A DNA stretch of 64,000 bases from an uncultured bacterium (GCA_963707865.1 OY970175.1:16748-80747), one strand, 5' to 3'; positions 39,835 through 49,638 are shown, numbered from the stretch's first letter. The notes: a model not told the origin generated them from the letters alone. A program made the numbers and translations.

Positions 39835-40452
39835 ATGATCGGTCCCAAAGAAAAAAGAGAACGGGCGCTTGGCACTCACCTTGGATTGAAGGGCGAACGC
39901 GGCATGTCGCCGAAATCAGCCGTTTTGCGGAAGCCGTACCGGCCGGGCGTGCACGGTCCGAGGTCGCGACAACGTCCGCTTTCGGAGTTTGGCCTCCAGC
40001 TCCGTGAGAAGCGGAAGTTCAAGTTGAGCTACGGCGTTGACGAACGTGGCTTGAAGCGGCTCTTCAAGATGGCAGTGGCGGCCAAGGGCGCTTCCGGTGC
40101 AAAGATGCTGGAGTTCCTTGAGAGCCGGTTGGACAACGTGATATATCGCCTTGGCTTCGCCCCCACGCGGCTCGCCGCGCGGCAGCTCGTCGTCCATGGC
40201 CATATCGCCGTGAACAAAAAAAAGGTGCAGTCGCCGGGTTTCATGGTGAAAAAAGGGGACGTCATCGCCGTGCGCGAAGGTTCTGAGAAGAACATGGCAA
40301 TCGCAAAGCGGATGGAATTGCTTAAAAAATTTGATCCGCCTTCCTGGCTTTCGCTCCATCCGGAGAAGATGGAAGGTATGGTACTTTCCCCGCCGGCGGA
40401 TTCCGACATTCCTTTTGAAATAAACCTTTTGGTCGAATCATTCTCAAAATAA
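39835..40452 (+). CDS. rpsD: 30S ribosomal protein S4
   Basis: SEFGLQLREK, LESRLDNVIYRLGFA, ARQLVVHGH. Confidence 0.97.
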   Translation: MIGPKEKRERALGTHLGLKGERGMSPKSAVLRKPYRPGVHGPRSRQRPLSEFGLQLREKRKFKLSYGVDERGLKRLFKMAVAAKGASGAKMLEFLESRLDNVIYRLGFAPTRLAARQLVVHGHIAVNKKKVQSPGFMVKKGDVIAVREGSEKNMAIAKRMELLKKFDPPSWLSLHPEKMEGMVLSPPADSDIPFEINLLVESFSK

Positions 40453-40457
40453 AAACT

Positions 40458-41240
40458 ATGGAATACGCATACTTAAGCTCAACAGTTTCTGTAAAAACCG
40501 TCTCCGAAGACGCGAAGAACGGTGTGTTTGAGGTAGAGGGCCTTTTCGCCGGTTATGGGCTTACCATGGGGAACGCGTTGCGGCGGGTGCTTCTCTCCTC
40601 TCTTCCCGGCGCCGCGGTGACGGAGGTCAAAATCAAGGGCGTGCCCCACGAATTCTCCACCCTGCCCGGCGTTAAGGAAGATATAGTGGAACTCATGCTT
40701 AACTTTAAAAAGCTTCGTTTTCGCCTGCACGTGGATGAGCCCCAGACGCTTGCCTTAAAGGTAAAAGGCGAGCGGACGGTTACCGGAGGCGACATTGTGC
40801 TGAATTCCAGCGTGGAATTGATGAATCCGGACGAGGTGCTTGCGATGCTCACTGCGGGGGATGCGGAGCTTGATATGGAAATAAAAGTGGAACGCGGTCT
40901 CGGCTATGTGCCCGTGGAGGCTCGAAAAACCGAGGGACGCCTTGCAATCGGCACGATCGCGATAGATGCGATCTTCACGCCCGTCACGCGCGTGAACTAC
41001 ACGGTGGAAGATATGCGCGTGGGAGATCAGACGGACTACAACCGCCTGCGCCTTGAGATTGAAACCGACGGTACCATAAGTCCTTCTTCGGCGCTCCACA
41101 AAGCGGCGAATGTCTTGAAAGACCACTCTGAAAAAGTGGCGGCGGTCGCCGTCGCGGAATTTGAGACGCCGAAGGCCGTATCTGCATCGCATGCCGAGCC
41201 CAAAAAGAAAAGTCGTGCAAAGAAAGCGAACGGAAAATAG
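40458..41240 (+). CDS. rpoA: RNA polymerase alpha subunit (NTD only)
   Basis: GYGLTMGNALRRVLLSS, HEFSTLPGVKED, IDAIFTPV; 260 aa. Confidence 0.95.
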   Translation: MEYAYLSSTVSVKTVSEDAKNGVFEVEGLFAGYGLTMGNALRRVLLSSLPGAAVTEVKIKGVPHEFSTLPGVKEDIVELMLNFKKLRFRLHVDEPQTLALKVKGERTVTGGDIVLNSSVELMNPDEVLAMLTAGDAELDMEIKVERGLGYVPVEARKTEGRLAIGTIAIDAIFTPVTRVNYTVEDMRVGDQTDYNRLRLEIETDGTISPSSALHKAANVLKDHSEKVAAVAVAEFETPKAVSASHAEPKKKSRAKKANGK

Positions 41241-41252
41241 CCGACGGATCCC

Positions 41253-41606
41253 ATGCGTCATTTGAAGAAAGGCAAAAAGTTTGGTCGCTTGCGCGGCGCG
41301 CGGATCTCTTTCCTGCGCAATTTGGCGAACGACCTCGTTCGCGCGGGCCGCGTCACAACGACGGAGGCGCGCGCGAAGGCGATCCGCCCGCAGGTGGAGC
41401 GCTTGGTCACGTTTGCAAAGAAACAGACGCTTGCCGCCCGTCGCGAACTTTTGAGCCGCGTGCACAACGAAAAGATCGTGAATAAGCTTTATCACGATCT
41501 CGGGCCGCGGTATGCGGAACGTGCCGGCGGGTATCTCCGCATCACAAAGCTTGCAAAGAGCCGCAAACGGGATGGCACGCGGATGGCGCGAATTGAATTT
41601 GTATAA
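41253..41606 (+). CDS. rplQ: 50S ribosomal protein L17
   Basis: MRHLKKG, TTEARAK, GGYLRI. Confidence 0.96.
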   Translation: MRHLKKGKKFGRLRGARISFLRNLANDLVRAGRVTTTEARAKAIRPQVERLVTFAKKQTLAARRELLSRVHNEKIVNKLYHDLGPRYAERAGGYLRITKLAKSRKRDGTRMARIEFV

Positions 41607-41617
41607 TAGACACCCCT

Positions 41618-41965
41618 ATGGATTATCACATTGACGCAAAAAACAAAATACTGGGTCGCGTGGCATCGGAGATTGCGCTTATTTTGCAGGGCAAGAAAAG
41701 CGCTTCGTACGCGCGGAACCGCGTTTCGGGCGACAAAGTGTACGTGAAGAACTATAAAGATATCGTCGTAACCGGCGAGAAGCGCACGCAAAAGATATAT
41801 CGCCACCACACGGGTTACGTGGGACATCTGAAGGAGCTCACGTTTGAACAGAAATTCGCGAAGGATCCGAAGTCGGTTCTCCGGCGCGCGGTCCGCAAAA
41901 TGCTCCCGAGGAACTTTTTGAACCAGAAAAGATTGAACAATTTGACGTTCGTGGATTCCGAATAA
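41618..41965 (+). CDS. rplM: 50S ribosomal protein L13 (short)
   Basis: IDAKNKILGRVAS, YRHHTGYVG, AVRKMLP. Confidence 0.95.
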   Translation: MDYHIDAKNKILGRVASEIALILQGKKSASYARNRVSGDKVYVKNYKDIVVTGEKRTQKIYRHHTGYVGHLKELTFEQKFAKDPKSVLRRAVRKMLPRNFLNQKRLNNLTFVDSE

Positions 41966-42519
41966 TGGATCTTAAACCCATGCCTAGCGAAAAAGAAACC
42001 AAACATACTGCATCGCACGCCGCGCCGCGCGCGCATCGGGCGCCTGCGGCGGCGGCGCGTGTGATTGCTCCGCACGCGGCACACGCCGTTGCTGCCACCG
42101 CGCATAGCCCCCGCCCCACACATGCCGCTCCAGAAGAGCGCTACAGCGAGGCCATTGGCCGCCGCAAGACCGCTGTTGCGCGCGTGCGGATCATGGCTGG
42201 CAAAGGAAAAGTGACCGTGAACGGCCAAGAGCCAAAACAGTATTTCGTGTTGCCGCGGCTTCTTGCGATCGCGCTCGCCCCGCTTCGCGAACTGAAGCTT
42301 GATGACGTTGACGTGAGCGTGAAAATCGGGGGCGGCGGCATAAGCGCCCAGGCCGAAGCCGTGCGTCACGGCATCTCCCGCGCGATCGTTGTCCGGACAG
42401 CCGAATGGAAGCCGCGCCTTCGCGCGTTGGGCTACCTCACCCGCGACTCCCGCATGGTGGAGCGCAAGAAATACGGTTTGAAGAAAGCGCGCAGAGCTCC
42501 GCAGTGGGCGAAGCGCTAG
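41965..42519 (+). CDS. rpsI: 30S ribosomal protein S9 with Ala/His-rich N-terminal extension
   Basis: GRRKTAVARV, GGGISAQAEA, ERKKYGLKKARRAPQWAKR. Confidence 0.96.
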   Translation: MDLKPMPSEKETKHTASHAAPRAHRAPAAAARVIAPHAAHAVAATAHSPRPTHAAPEERYSEAIGRRKTAVARVRIMAGKGKVTVNGQEPKQYFVLPRLLAIALAPLRELKLDDVDVSVKIGGGGISAQAEAVRHGISRAIVVRTAEWKPRLRALGYLTRDSRMVERKKYGLKKARRAPQWAKR

Positions 42520-42723
42520 GGGAGCACCGCAGAGCGGTAGACGTACGGAGAGTCGGACTCCGCGAACCCCGATTACCAAGTCGGGATTGGCACCGTGCTA
42601 CGCCCACCGCGCGAACGATTGTATCAGACAGAGATTATTTTGTTTAAAAGAAACTTGACTAACGCATTGGACCTCCTATACGGTCTGTATTACCAGGTCG
42701 GGATAGGCTCGTGTTCGAACCCT

Positions 42724-42751
42724 GCAAAAGACCCAGCGATGGGTCTTTTGC
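42724..42751. terminator. Terminator-like hairpin
   Basis: GCAAAAGACCC/GGGTCTTTTGC. Confidence 0.7.
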
Positions 42752-42849
42752 TATACTGAAGTAACAATGATGGATATTGAAAAAGAAATTGCGGCCATCA
42801 AATGTTAGGCCTTGGCTTTTTAGCCGGATAAACCTATAATCTTTGCATT

Positions 42850-43737
42850 GTGGAAAAATTAGAAAACGAAAGCGGCTATGAAAAGATTGGCCCTACGGCG
42901 TGGGGCGTAGCGCATTTCCGAACATTTTCGGATATTAAATATGCCGAGGAGATCTTTGAAGAACTTGATAGTGTAGTGAAACCAGCCGATCCGGTTCAAT
43001 TGGAATATATGGGAAGCATAAGGCGGTCCGAACTCGCTCTCGCGCCGCAATTTGAAGCCCGTTACAAACTTATCAACTGGCTGCTGAAGGAGAACAAGAC
43101 AAACCAAATTTTGGAACTCGCTACGGGCCTTGCGGGACGGGGGCTCGCGACGGCAGAAGCAGATCCGTCGTTGCAATACGTGGAGGTTGATCTTCCGGCA
43201 ATGGCGGCGCACAAGAGGGAGATGCTCCAAAATCTGTTTGCGAAGGGCAAGGCGAAACCGCAAAGCAATCTCCACGTGGAGGATGGGAACGCCCTGGATG
43301 AGGGCTCCCTTTTTGCCGCCGCTCGTTATTTCAAAGACGAGCCCATCTCGGTGGTGAATGAGGGGTTGCTGCGATATTTGACCCCCGACGAGAAAAAGAT
43401 CGTGGCGGAGAATGTCCGCGCCCTGCTTCGGAAATTCGGCGGCGCATGGATTACTTCCGACATCAGCACAAAAAGGGTATTGGCGTATGAGGAGGAGAGA
43501 ACGGACAATCACGCGAGGGTGAAGGCGATGTCGGGAATTGACGTTAAAACAAACAGTTTTGAGGATCAAGACGCAGCGCAGAAGTTCTTTGAAGACCTTG
43601 GGTTTAGCGTTGAACGGCACAGTTTCCTTGAGGTCGCGGGCGAATTAGTTTCGCCTAAAAAACTAGGACTTTCGGATCAAGAAGTGGAAAACATGATTCA
43701 ACATGCCACGGTTTTTGTGATGAGGCTACGGCAGTAA
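42850..43737 (+). CDS. Class I SAM-dependent methyltransferase (LCM/TcmP-like)
   Basis: QILELATGL, YVEVDLP, NEGLLRYL. Confidence 0.85.
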   Translation: MEKLENESGYEKIGPTAWGVAHFRTFSDIKYAEEIFEELDSVVKPADPVQLEYMGSIRRSELALAPQFEARYKLINWLLKENKTNQILELATGLAGRGLATAEADPSLQYVEVDLPAMAAHKREMLQNLFAKGKAKPQSNLHVEDGNALDEGSLFAAARYFKDEPISVVNEGLLRYLTPDEKKIVAENVRALLRKFGGAWITSDISTKRVLAYEEERTDNHARVKAMSGIDVKTNSFEDQDAAQKFFEDLGFSVERHSFLEVAGELVSPKKLGLSDQEVENMIQHATVFVMRLRQ

Positions 43738-43777
43738 CCATATGTTCAAAATGTGAATAGGGGTATATAATGGTCAT

Positions 43778-44542
43778 ATGGAGTGGCTCACCTACATAGT
43801 TATCGTCATCGTCATCATTCTCCTCGCGGGGATCAAGGTGATAAAGGAATATCAGCGGGCGGTTGTATTCCGCTTGGGCCGCCTCGTGGGCGCGCGCGGC
43901 CCTGGCCTGATCTACGTCCTCCCGATTTTTGAGAAGATGGTGCGCGTCGGCCTTCGCACTGTCACCATGAACATCCCGTCGCAGAAGATCATCACGAAGG
44001 ACAACGTTTCCATTGACATCGCGGCGGTGGCGTACTACCACGTGGTGGACGCTCAAAAATCCGTGGTCGCGATTGAAAATGTCCACGACGCGGTGAACCA
44101 GATCAGCCAAACGACGGTCAGGAATGTCGTGGGCCAATTTATGCTCGACCAATTTTTATCACAGACGGTTGATATCAATGAAAAGATAAAGAACGTGATC
44201 GACGTCCATACGGAGCCGTGGGGCATCCAGGTAACCGCGGTTGAGATCAAGGATGTTATCCTGCCTGACAACATGCAGCGGGCGATGGCGAAGGAGGCGG
44301 AGGCCGAACGCGAGCGGCGGGCAAAGATCGTTGCCGCACAAGGCGAATTTCAAGCGGCTGAAAAATTAGGGCAAGCAGCCGAGATCATTGCCGCGCATCC
44401 CGTCGCCCTCCAGCTTCGTACGCTCCAAACGATGGCGGAAATCGCCACCGAAAAGAACTCCACGATCATTTTCCCGGCACAGTTCATGACGACGGTCAAA
44501 GAAGCTCTTGAGACGCTTCAGCAGGATAAGAAGAATAAGTGA
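43778..44542 (+). CDS. SPFH/slipin (band 7) family protein
   Basis: EYQRAVVFRLG, ITKDNVS, AEAERERRAK. Confidence 0.93.
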   Translation: MEWLTYIVIVIVIILLAGIKVIKEYQRAVVFRLGRLVGARGPGLIYVLPIFEKMVRVGLRTVTMNIPSQKIITKDNVSIDIAAVAYYHVVDAQKSVVAIENVHDAVNQISQTTVRNVVGQFMLDQFLSQTVDINEKIKNVIDVHTEPWGIQVTAVEIKDVILPDNMQRAMAKEAEAERERRAKIVAAQGEFQAAEKLGQAAEIIAAHPVALQLRTLQTMAEIATEKNSTIIFPAQFMTTVKEALETLQQDKKNK

Positions 44543-44575
44543 ACAGATTAAGAAGGGTAGTGGTACTGCCGCGCG

Positions 44576-45097
44576 CTACGAGTGCTTCTCCAGGCTAAGG
44601 TTTGAAAGTGCCAAGAGCAGGGCGGGCATCATAAGGTCCTTCCTTGTGAGCGTTTTCCCGGAAAAGTATATGACGGGGTCTTCCTCTCCCGCGAGGCTCT
44701 GGGTGAGGGCGTCAATTTTGATGTGACCATCCTGTATTTCTTTGATCATCCACAGCGGTACGCGTATGCCGGGGGTGAAGCTTTCCGCGGTCTTGCCTTC
44801 TTTGGTCTTCACGGCGGCGCAGATCACGTAATACCATTCGTTCGCGTTGAAGATAAAAACAAGCGAATTTTCTATTCCCACGCCCACGTCTATACCTTCG
44901 CGGTTGACCGCTTCCGCTGCGCAGGACCTTGCCCTTTTGAAAAGCTCTTCAAACCCGAATGTCTGCGAGGGAAGGGATGGACGGAAGGTGTTGTCGGCGG
45001 CGACGGTCGCTTCAATGCCGAGCCGCTTCGCGGCCTCCTCCACCGCCGCTTTCTTGAGATCGAAATAGCGCTTGGAAGTGTAGAAACCAATAGTCAT
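44576..45097 (-). CDS. Inosine/xanthosine triphosphatase (YjjX/DUF84-like)
   Basis: PSQTFG.EE..RA, GVGIENS, SGKTLTR. Confidence 0.75.
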   Translation of the reverse strand: MTIGFYTSKRYFDLKKAAVEEAAKRLGIEATVAADNTFRPSLPSQTFGFEELFKRARSCAAEAVNREGIDVGVGIENSLVFIFNANEWYYVICAAVKTKEGKTAESFTPGIRVPLWMIKEIQDGHIKIDALTQSLAGEEDPVIYFSGKTLTRKDLMMPALLLALSNLSLEKHS

Positions 45098-45140
45098 CCT
45101 TACCAGTATAGCACTTTGAAAATTGTTATAATGAGAACAT

Positions 45141-45587
45141 ATGCAATTCCTTACGAAGCTGGAACGGGCGATACGCCGGAGGTTAAAGCGCCATCCGTTG
45201 CTCTATGCATTCGTGGCCGGAGTCGGCGTCGTTCTCTTTTGGCGCGGCGTGTGGCATTTTGCCGACTTCCTCGCGCTCAACTTCATATCGGCGAACGACA
45301 CGACGACGAGCATTGACTGGGCGTCGGGTCTTGACAGCGCTTTGTCGCTCGTTGTCGGCGGACTCCTTCTGCTCTCCACGGGACTTTTTGTGTCCGAGCT
45401 TTTGAGCGGGGAGGTTTTGATCACGCGTACGGAGAAGGAAGAGGAAATTACGGGAAAAACCGAAAAGGGCGTGGAAAGGGAATCGGCGGAATTGCCCCAC
45501 ATTGAGGAGGAGATCCATCACATTGCGAAGGAGATAGAGGATATTGAGAAAGATCTCCACGCGAGAGGCGGGGAAAGAATGGAATGA
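45141..45587 (+). CDS. Hypothetical membrane protein
   Basis: GVGVVLFWRGVW, two TMs, acidic coiled tail. Confidence 0.75.
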   Translation: MQFLTKLERAIRRRLKRHPLLYAFVAGVGVVLFWRGVWHFADFLALNFISANDTTTSIDWASGLDSALSLVVGGLLLLSTGLFVSELLSGEVLITRTEKEEEITGKTEKGVERESAELPHIEEEIHHIAKEIEDIEKDLHARGGERME

Positions 45588-45650
45588 AGGGAACGATCGT
45601 CGCGAGCGGGAAAGTTGTGCTGCGTCCGATCGCGCTCGGCGATGCGCCTA
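45584..45650 (+). pseudogene. 5' fragment of a RimJ/RimL-like GNAT acetyltransferase
   Basis: MKGTIVASGKVVLRPIALGDAP, ATGA-coupled to the upstream gene, runs into the nrdJ stop. Confidence 0.4.
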
Positions 45651-47936
45651 CGCCTTCACGGTTATTTCCGCCGGAACATCTTCAATTTCACAAATGCCGC
45701 CTACGCATGCGAGCTCCTTCTTCACATCGGTCGTATCTTCCCGTTCGTAAAGAAGGATCTGCGAGAAGTCAATTTCGGGCATTTTGGCGAGCACCTCTTC
45801 ATAACGTTCTTTTGTGATTTCTTCGTAAGGCGCCAAGAGATATGCGTGGTCTTCGCGCGGGAGGAAGGAAAGTCCGCCGATCATATCCCAGTTCTTGTAG
45901 ACCCAATCCGCAACGTCCACCCACTCGTTCTCGCCGACGGAGACCGTGATGGAAGGATTGTGTTCGGTGTAATTCGCTTTTACCTTCTTCCAGTGTTCAA
46001 GTTGGTCAAGCGCGGTAAGATCGTTCTTCGTAAGCCCACCCTCGGGAGCCCTCACTGGGAATTCCACTACGTATGTATTTGCGGAGGAAAGCGACTGACC
46101 AACTTCGGGGGAGTAAGTGACCTTCTGGTCCTTCATCATTTGGAATAGCGCGTCGGTCGCGGCGATGCGTACGCGGCGGATGTAATACTTCGCGTGGCGC
46201 GGGTGGAGGCCGGAGGACGAATCAACCGTCTGCGAGAGATTGCCTGACGGTTTTACGCATGTGATCGCCATTGAAGCACTGATGCCGAAGCGGTCCGCAT
46301 ACTCCGCGTTAATCTTCACCGCGTGGTCACGGAGCTTGCGAAGGACATTTTCGTCGCGGACCGCGGCGCAATCCCACTGGCCGGTGATGGAAACGCCCAA
46401 AAGCCGCTCGCGGTCGCAATTTTGCTTCCACTCTTTAGAGAGATAGGGGAAATTGGTGAGTGCGGATTGGTAGGTGCCAAGGATCGTCGCGAGCCGCATC
46501 TTCCTTGTGAGTGTTGCTTCGGTATCCTCCGCGCGGGCCACGACCTCGGAGAGATTACAGAACTCCTTCGGTTGGAGGATGATCTCACCGCAGGGGTTCG
46601 TGCCCAGGCGGTTGATCTCTTCCTTCAGGAATTTCTTGCGGCGTTCGGGGAGTTGGTAGACAAGGCCTCCGCGGTTGAAGATGCCGCGTTCGCCCGTGCC
46701 GCTCTTCGCGAGCGAGATCCATTCCTCAAGGAACTGCGTGGAATTGGGCTTTTCCGTGTATACCGCGGAATTGTTCGCCATGGAACGCTGGGGTTCCGTC
46801 ATCCAGAACTGGCCATTCTTTGCATTCCGCATTTCTTGGTCATCAAGGTCGGAAAGCGAAATTGTGGCGCTCCGGCGTACGCCGCCCGCGACGACGATCT
46901 CGCCGATCTTGCAGCAGATGTCGTGCACGTCAATATTTGAAAGACGACGCCCTTGTTTCGCGAGGATCTTCCTCCGTGCGAAGGAGAGGAGTGCGCGGAG
47001 CGGTTCCGGTCCGGAGCTTTTTCCACCCATCGTGTAAAGGCGCGCGCCTGCGGGACGCAATTGCGAAAAATCAAAATCAATGTCCTTTCCGTCGAACCAT
47101 GTTTTCAAACCGATTGTAAGAGCGTCGCACCATCCCTCCTTGCTGTCCGCAATCACGTGCGCATCCAGTTTTTTCCCGGTCTGCCGTTTGATCTGGGGGA
47201 GCTTCTGTACGTTCTGGCTTTCCACGGAGAAGCCGACGCCCGTGCCGCACATGGAGATGTACATCATCTCGGCGAAGTCCTCCGGCTTCTGTGGCGCGAG
47301 GTATGAACAGTTAAACGCGGCGACATTCGTAGAGCGCGCCGCTTTTCCGGCAAATTGCAAAAGCCGCATGGAGGGCATCGCTTCCTGTTTTAAAATTCCC
47401 TCCCGCACTTCTGCGTACTCGGCGTCGGTAAGTTTCTCGCCGAGATTTTCTTTCATGAAATCCATGTAGCGGTCAACCGTTTCTATCCACGTTTCGCGCC
47501 GGCCCTCTTCGGGGATCCATTTTGAGTACGTCCGGTAGTACACGAATTCGGCAAGCTGGTTCCTGAAATATTTTTTGCTTTCTTCGGCGAGTTGCCGCAC
47601 ACGCTCCGGGATCTCGCGCTTCATCTCGCGGATCTGCGCACGGTCGGCACGGTACAAAATGTATGCCTTCGCCGTTTTCGCGTAGTCCATGAGGATAAGC
47701 TGGGTCTCTGTGATATCCTGGACCTCTTCTATCGTGGGGATATGGTCCTTTGGGAACTTTTTTTCAAGCGTAGCTACCACTTGCTCCGAAACTTTCTCCG
47801 CATCCTCCTTTGATTTGGCCTCTCCGGTCACGTTCATCGCCTTCGCAACGGCGTTCGTGATCTTCGCTTGATCGAACGGCACTATGCGCCCATCCCTTTT
47901 TCTTACTTCTGTGAAATGATGCTTCCCAAAAATCAT
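45648..47936 (-). CDS. nrdJ: Class II (AdoCbl-dependent) ribonucleotide reductase with ATP cone
   Basis: VRKRDG cone; GGVRRSA; TNPCGEI; TCVKPSG; C-terminal ACVGGICEI. Confidence 0.9.
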   Translation of the reverse strand: MIFGKHHFTEVRKRDGRIVPFDQAKITNAVAKAMNVTGEAKSKEDAEKVSEQVVATLEKKFPKDHIPTIEEVQDITETQLILMDYAKTAKAYILYRADRAQIREMKREIPERVRQLAEESKKYFRNQLAEFVYYRTYSKWIPEEGRRETWIETVDRYMDFMKENLGEKLTDAEYAEVREGILKQEAMPSMRLLQFAGKAARSTNVAAFNCSYLAPQKPEDFAEMMYISMCGTGVGFSVESQNVQKLPQIKRQTGKKLDAHVIADSKEGWCDALTIGLKTWFDGKDIDFDFSQLRPAGARLYTMGGKSSGPEPLRALLSFARRKILAKQGRRLSNIDVHDICCKIGEIVVAGGVRRSATISLSDLDDQEMRNAKNGQFWMTEPQRSMANNSAVYTEKPNSTQFLEEWISLAKSGTGERGIFNRGGLVYQLPERRKKFLKEEINRLGTNPCGEIILQPKEFCNLSEVVARAEDTEATLTRKMRLATILGTYQSALTNFPYLSKEWKQNCDRERLLGVSITGQWDCAAVRDENVLRKLRDHAVKINAEYADRFGISASMAITCVKPSGNLSQTVDSSSGLHPRHAKYYIRRVRIAATDALFQMMKDQKVTYSPEVGQSLSSANTYVVEFPVRAPEGGLTKNDLTALDQLEHWKKVKANYTEHNPSITVSVGENEWVDVADWVYKNWDMIGGLSFLPREDHAYLLAPYEEITKERYEEVLAKMPEIDFSQILLYEREDTTDVKKELACVGGICEIEDVPAEITVKA

Positions 47937-48033
47937 TTATGAAAAATTAATTGATATTTAATGTCGACGTAGAACCATTCTACCACCATGCCCTGTCAAA
48001 GGGGAGGTGTGGATAGCAATTCTTTCATCAACT

Positions 48034-49344
48034 TTACGATGGGAAGTCAAATTGCGCGAGTTTACTGGAAGAATTTATGAGATAGAAAATATTTTCCTGC
48101 GGTTTGTAAAGGGGCAATGTCCCTTTTGCGACGGTGACAAAGTTGCGGAGGCCAAGATCGTCAATATCCAGGAAGGAAACGGAATCGGGATACACGACGA
48201 AAAGATGATTCATATCCTTATACCAGATTGTACGGACGGCGTTCTTTACGTCGGGGAGGTTAAACCGGTGGTAGGTTTGCGCATCTGTGAGCGGGAGCAC
48301 TTCCAAACTCCTCTCTTCCAAGGCCGCGATCGCCGAACCGTCGTCCGCGACCGAAAACGTTTTCACGGAGTCCGCTAATTTTTGGAATGTTGCGGCGTTA
48401 ATGTCGTAAAGGTACAGTGCGCCGTCATTTTGAAGGACGGCGAGAAGGTTGGGGGTTGCCCACGCGAGCGCGAGGGTCTCTCCCGGAACGGCCAACGCAC
48501 TTTTCGTCGTCGTTTTTGTGAATTTGTCGTAGAGAACGACGGTGGTGCCGGAAGCGTTTCTGAATCTTGTCCAAGCGATGAAAGCGGGGGAGAGCGCCGG
48601 CGGTGCGGTTCCCAAAACGGTGCCGGCGGGTACCTGCTCAATCATGGAAGACGACGCGAGTGCCGCGTCAACGATCCACACCCGCCGGTCGCCCGCGGCG
48701 ACAACCTTGGTTGCGTCGGACGGATCAATCGCGATGCTTGTGATATTGCCCGTGAACAACGCCGAAAGATTGGTGGAGGTACCATTGTCAAAGTCATAGA
48801 GGAGATATGCACCGCCCCCCCCGCTTTTTAAAATAATATTTTTGAAATTGCTGCTTTCGCTCGTGAGGTCTCCATGGCCGATCGTATTACCGCGCCAGAC
48901 GATGGCGTCGCTCGCCGTCTGCGAAATGAATTCCCCCGACGCGACGAAAAAATTTTTGAAGGAGACCGCCGAAGTGGTCGCGGGCGCATCAGGAACAAGG
49001 ACCGCGTACTTGAGTGCAGCGACGAGCGAAGGAAGCACTTCGGCATTCTCGTGCCAGTCGAGGTAGCCGCCCTTTTTGAGTGTTAAAGAATAGTTGTGCG
49101 GGAAGAGTTCGGAAATGAGTGTGCCGCGGGAAAGAAATCCCGACTGGTTCGGGATTGGCTTGTCGTTCAAAAAAATACTGGCATCTCGCGGAAAGGATTG
49201 CACGTAAATCGCCCCGACCTTTTCCGCGCGCCATAGGGCGAAATCAAATCGCCATCCTTGGGCATAGAGCACTACGCCCACGCCAAGGACGACAAAGACC
49301 GCGACGAGCGTATAAAAGATGGCCCTTCTTGCTCTTTTCGTCAT
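48034..49344 (-). CDS. PEGA-domain/beta-propeller-like membrane-anchored protein
   Basis: TM, YAQGWRFD, G.IYVQSFP.DA.IFLN, LKKGGYLDW. Confidence 0.75.
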   Translation of the reverse strand: MTKRARRAIFYTLVAVFVVLGVGVVLYAQGWRFDFALWRAEKVGAIYVQSFPRDASIFLNDKPIPNQSGFLSRGTLISELFPHNYSLTLKKGGYLDWHENAEVLPSLVAALKYAVLVPDAPATTSAVSFKNFFVASGEFISQTASDAIVWRGNTIGHGDLTSESSNFKNIILKSGGGGAYLLYDFDNGTSTNLSALFTGNITSIAIDPSDATKVVAAGDRRVWIVDAALASSSMIEQVPAGTVLGTAPPALSPAFIAWTRFRNASGTTVVLYDKFTKTTTKSALAVPGETLALAWATPNLLAVLQNDGALYLYDINAATFQKLADSVKTFSVADDGSAIAALEERSLEVLPLTDAQTYHRFNLPDVKNAVRTIWYKDMNHLFVVYPDSVSFLDIDDLGLRNFVTVAKGTLPLYKPQENIFYLINSSSKLAQFDFPS

Positions 49345-49493
49345 GGGTGAGGTACGAGGTAGATTGTAACACACGGGGGTTTGCACCAAGCCGTTCGCGG
49401 ATGGGGTATATACGCTGCGCGTATATACCTGGTTCGCTCGGTTAAAAGGAAAGCTTGCTTTCCTTTTTCCCTCGCTGCCAGGTATAATAATGG

Positions 49494-49608
49494 TGTCCCG
49501 CCACAGATCTCGGATCAAATAATTATAAAAGGGAGGACAAATCGCTGCGGTCCGTGGATTGCAGCTGAGCCCACCCACTTGGCGGAAAGCCAGAGATCAG
49601 GCGGGATA
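49494..49608 (+). ncRNA. ssrS: Candidate minimal 6S RNA
   Basis: TATAAT at 49483; closing stem GTCCCGCC/GGCGGGAT; A-rich bubble; GGGAG..CACCCAC; terminator follows. Confidence 0.55.
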
Positions 49609-49616
49609 AGCAAGGG

Positions 49617-49638
49617 GCCGGCGCGATGCCGGCTTTTT
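49617..49638 (+). terminator. Intrinsic terminator of the candidate ncRNA
   Basis: GCCGGC-GCGAT-GCCGGC-TTTTT. Confidence 0.7.

Noticed and set aside
42694-42724. tRNA fragment or att site (GTTCGAACCCTG)
   Set aside because: Only a T-loop-like word, with no cloverleaf and no matching tRNA in the window
49494-49608. SRP (4.5S) RNA
   Set aside because: Lacks the conserved CAGG..GGAA..AGCAG domain IV motif
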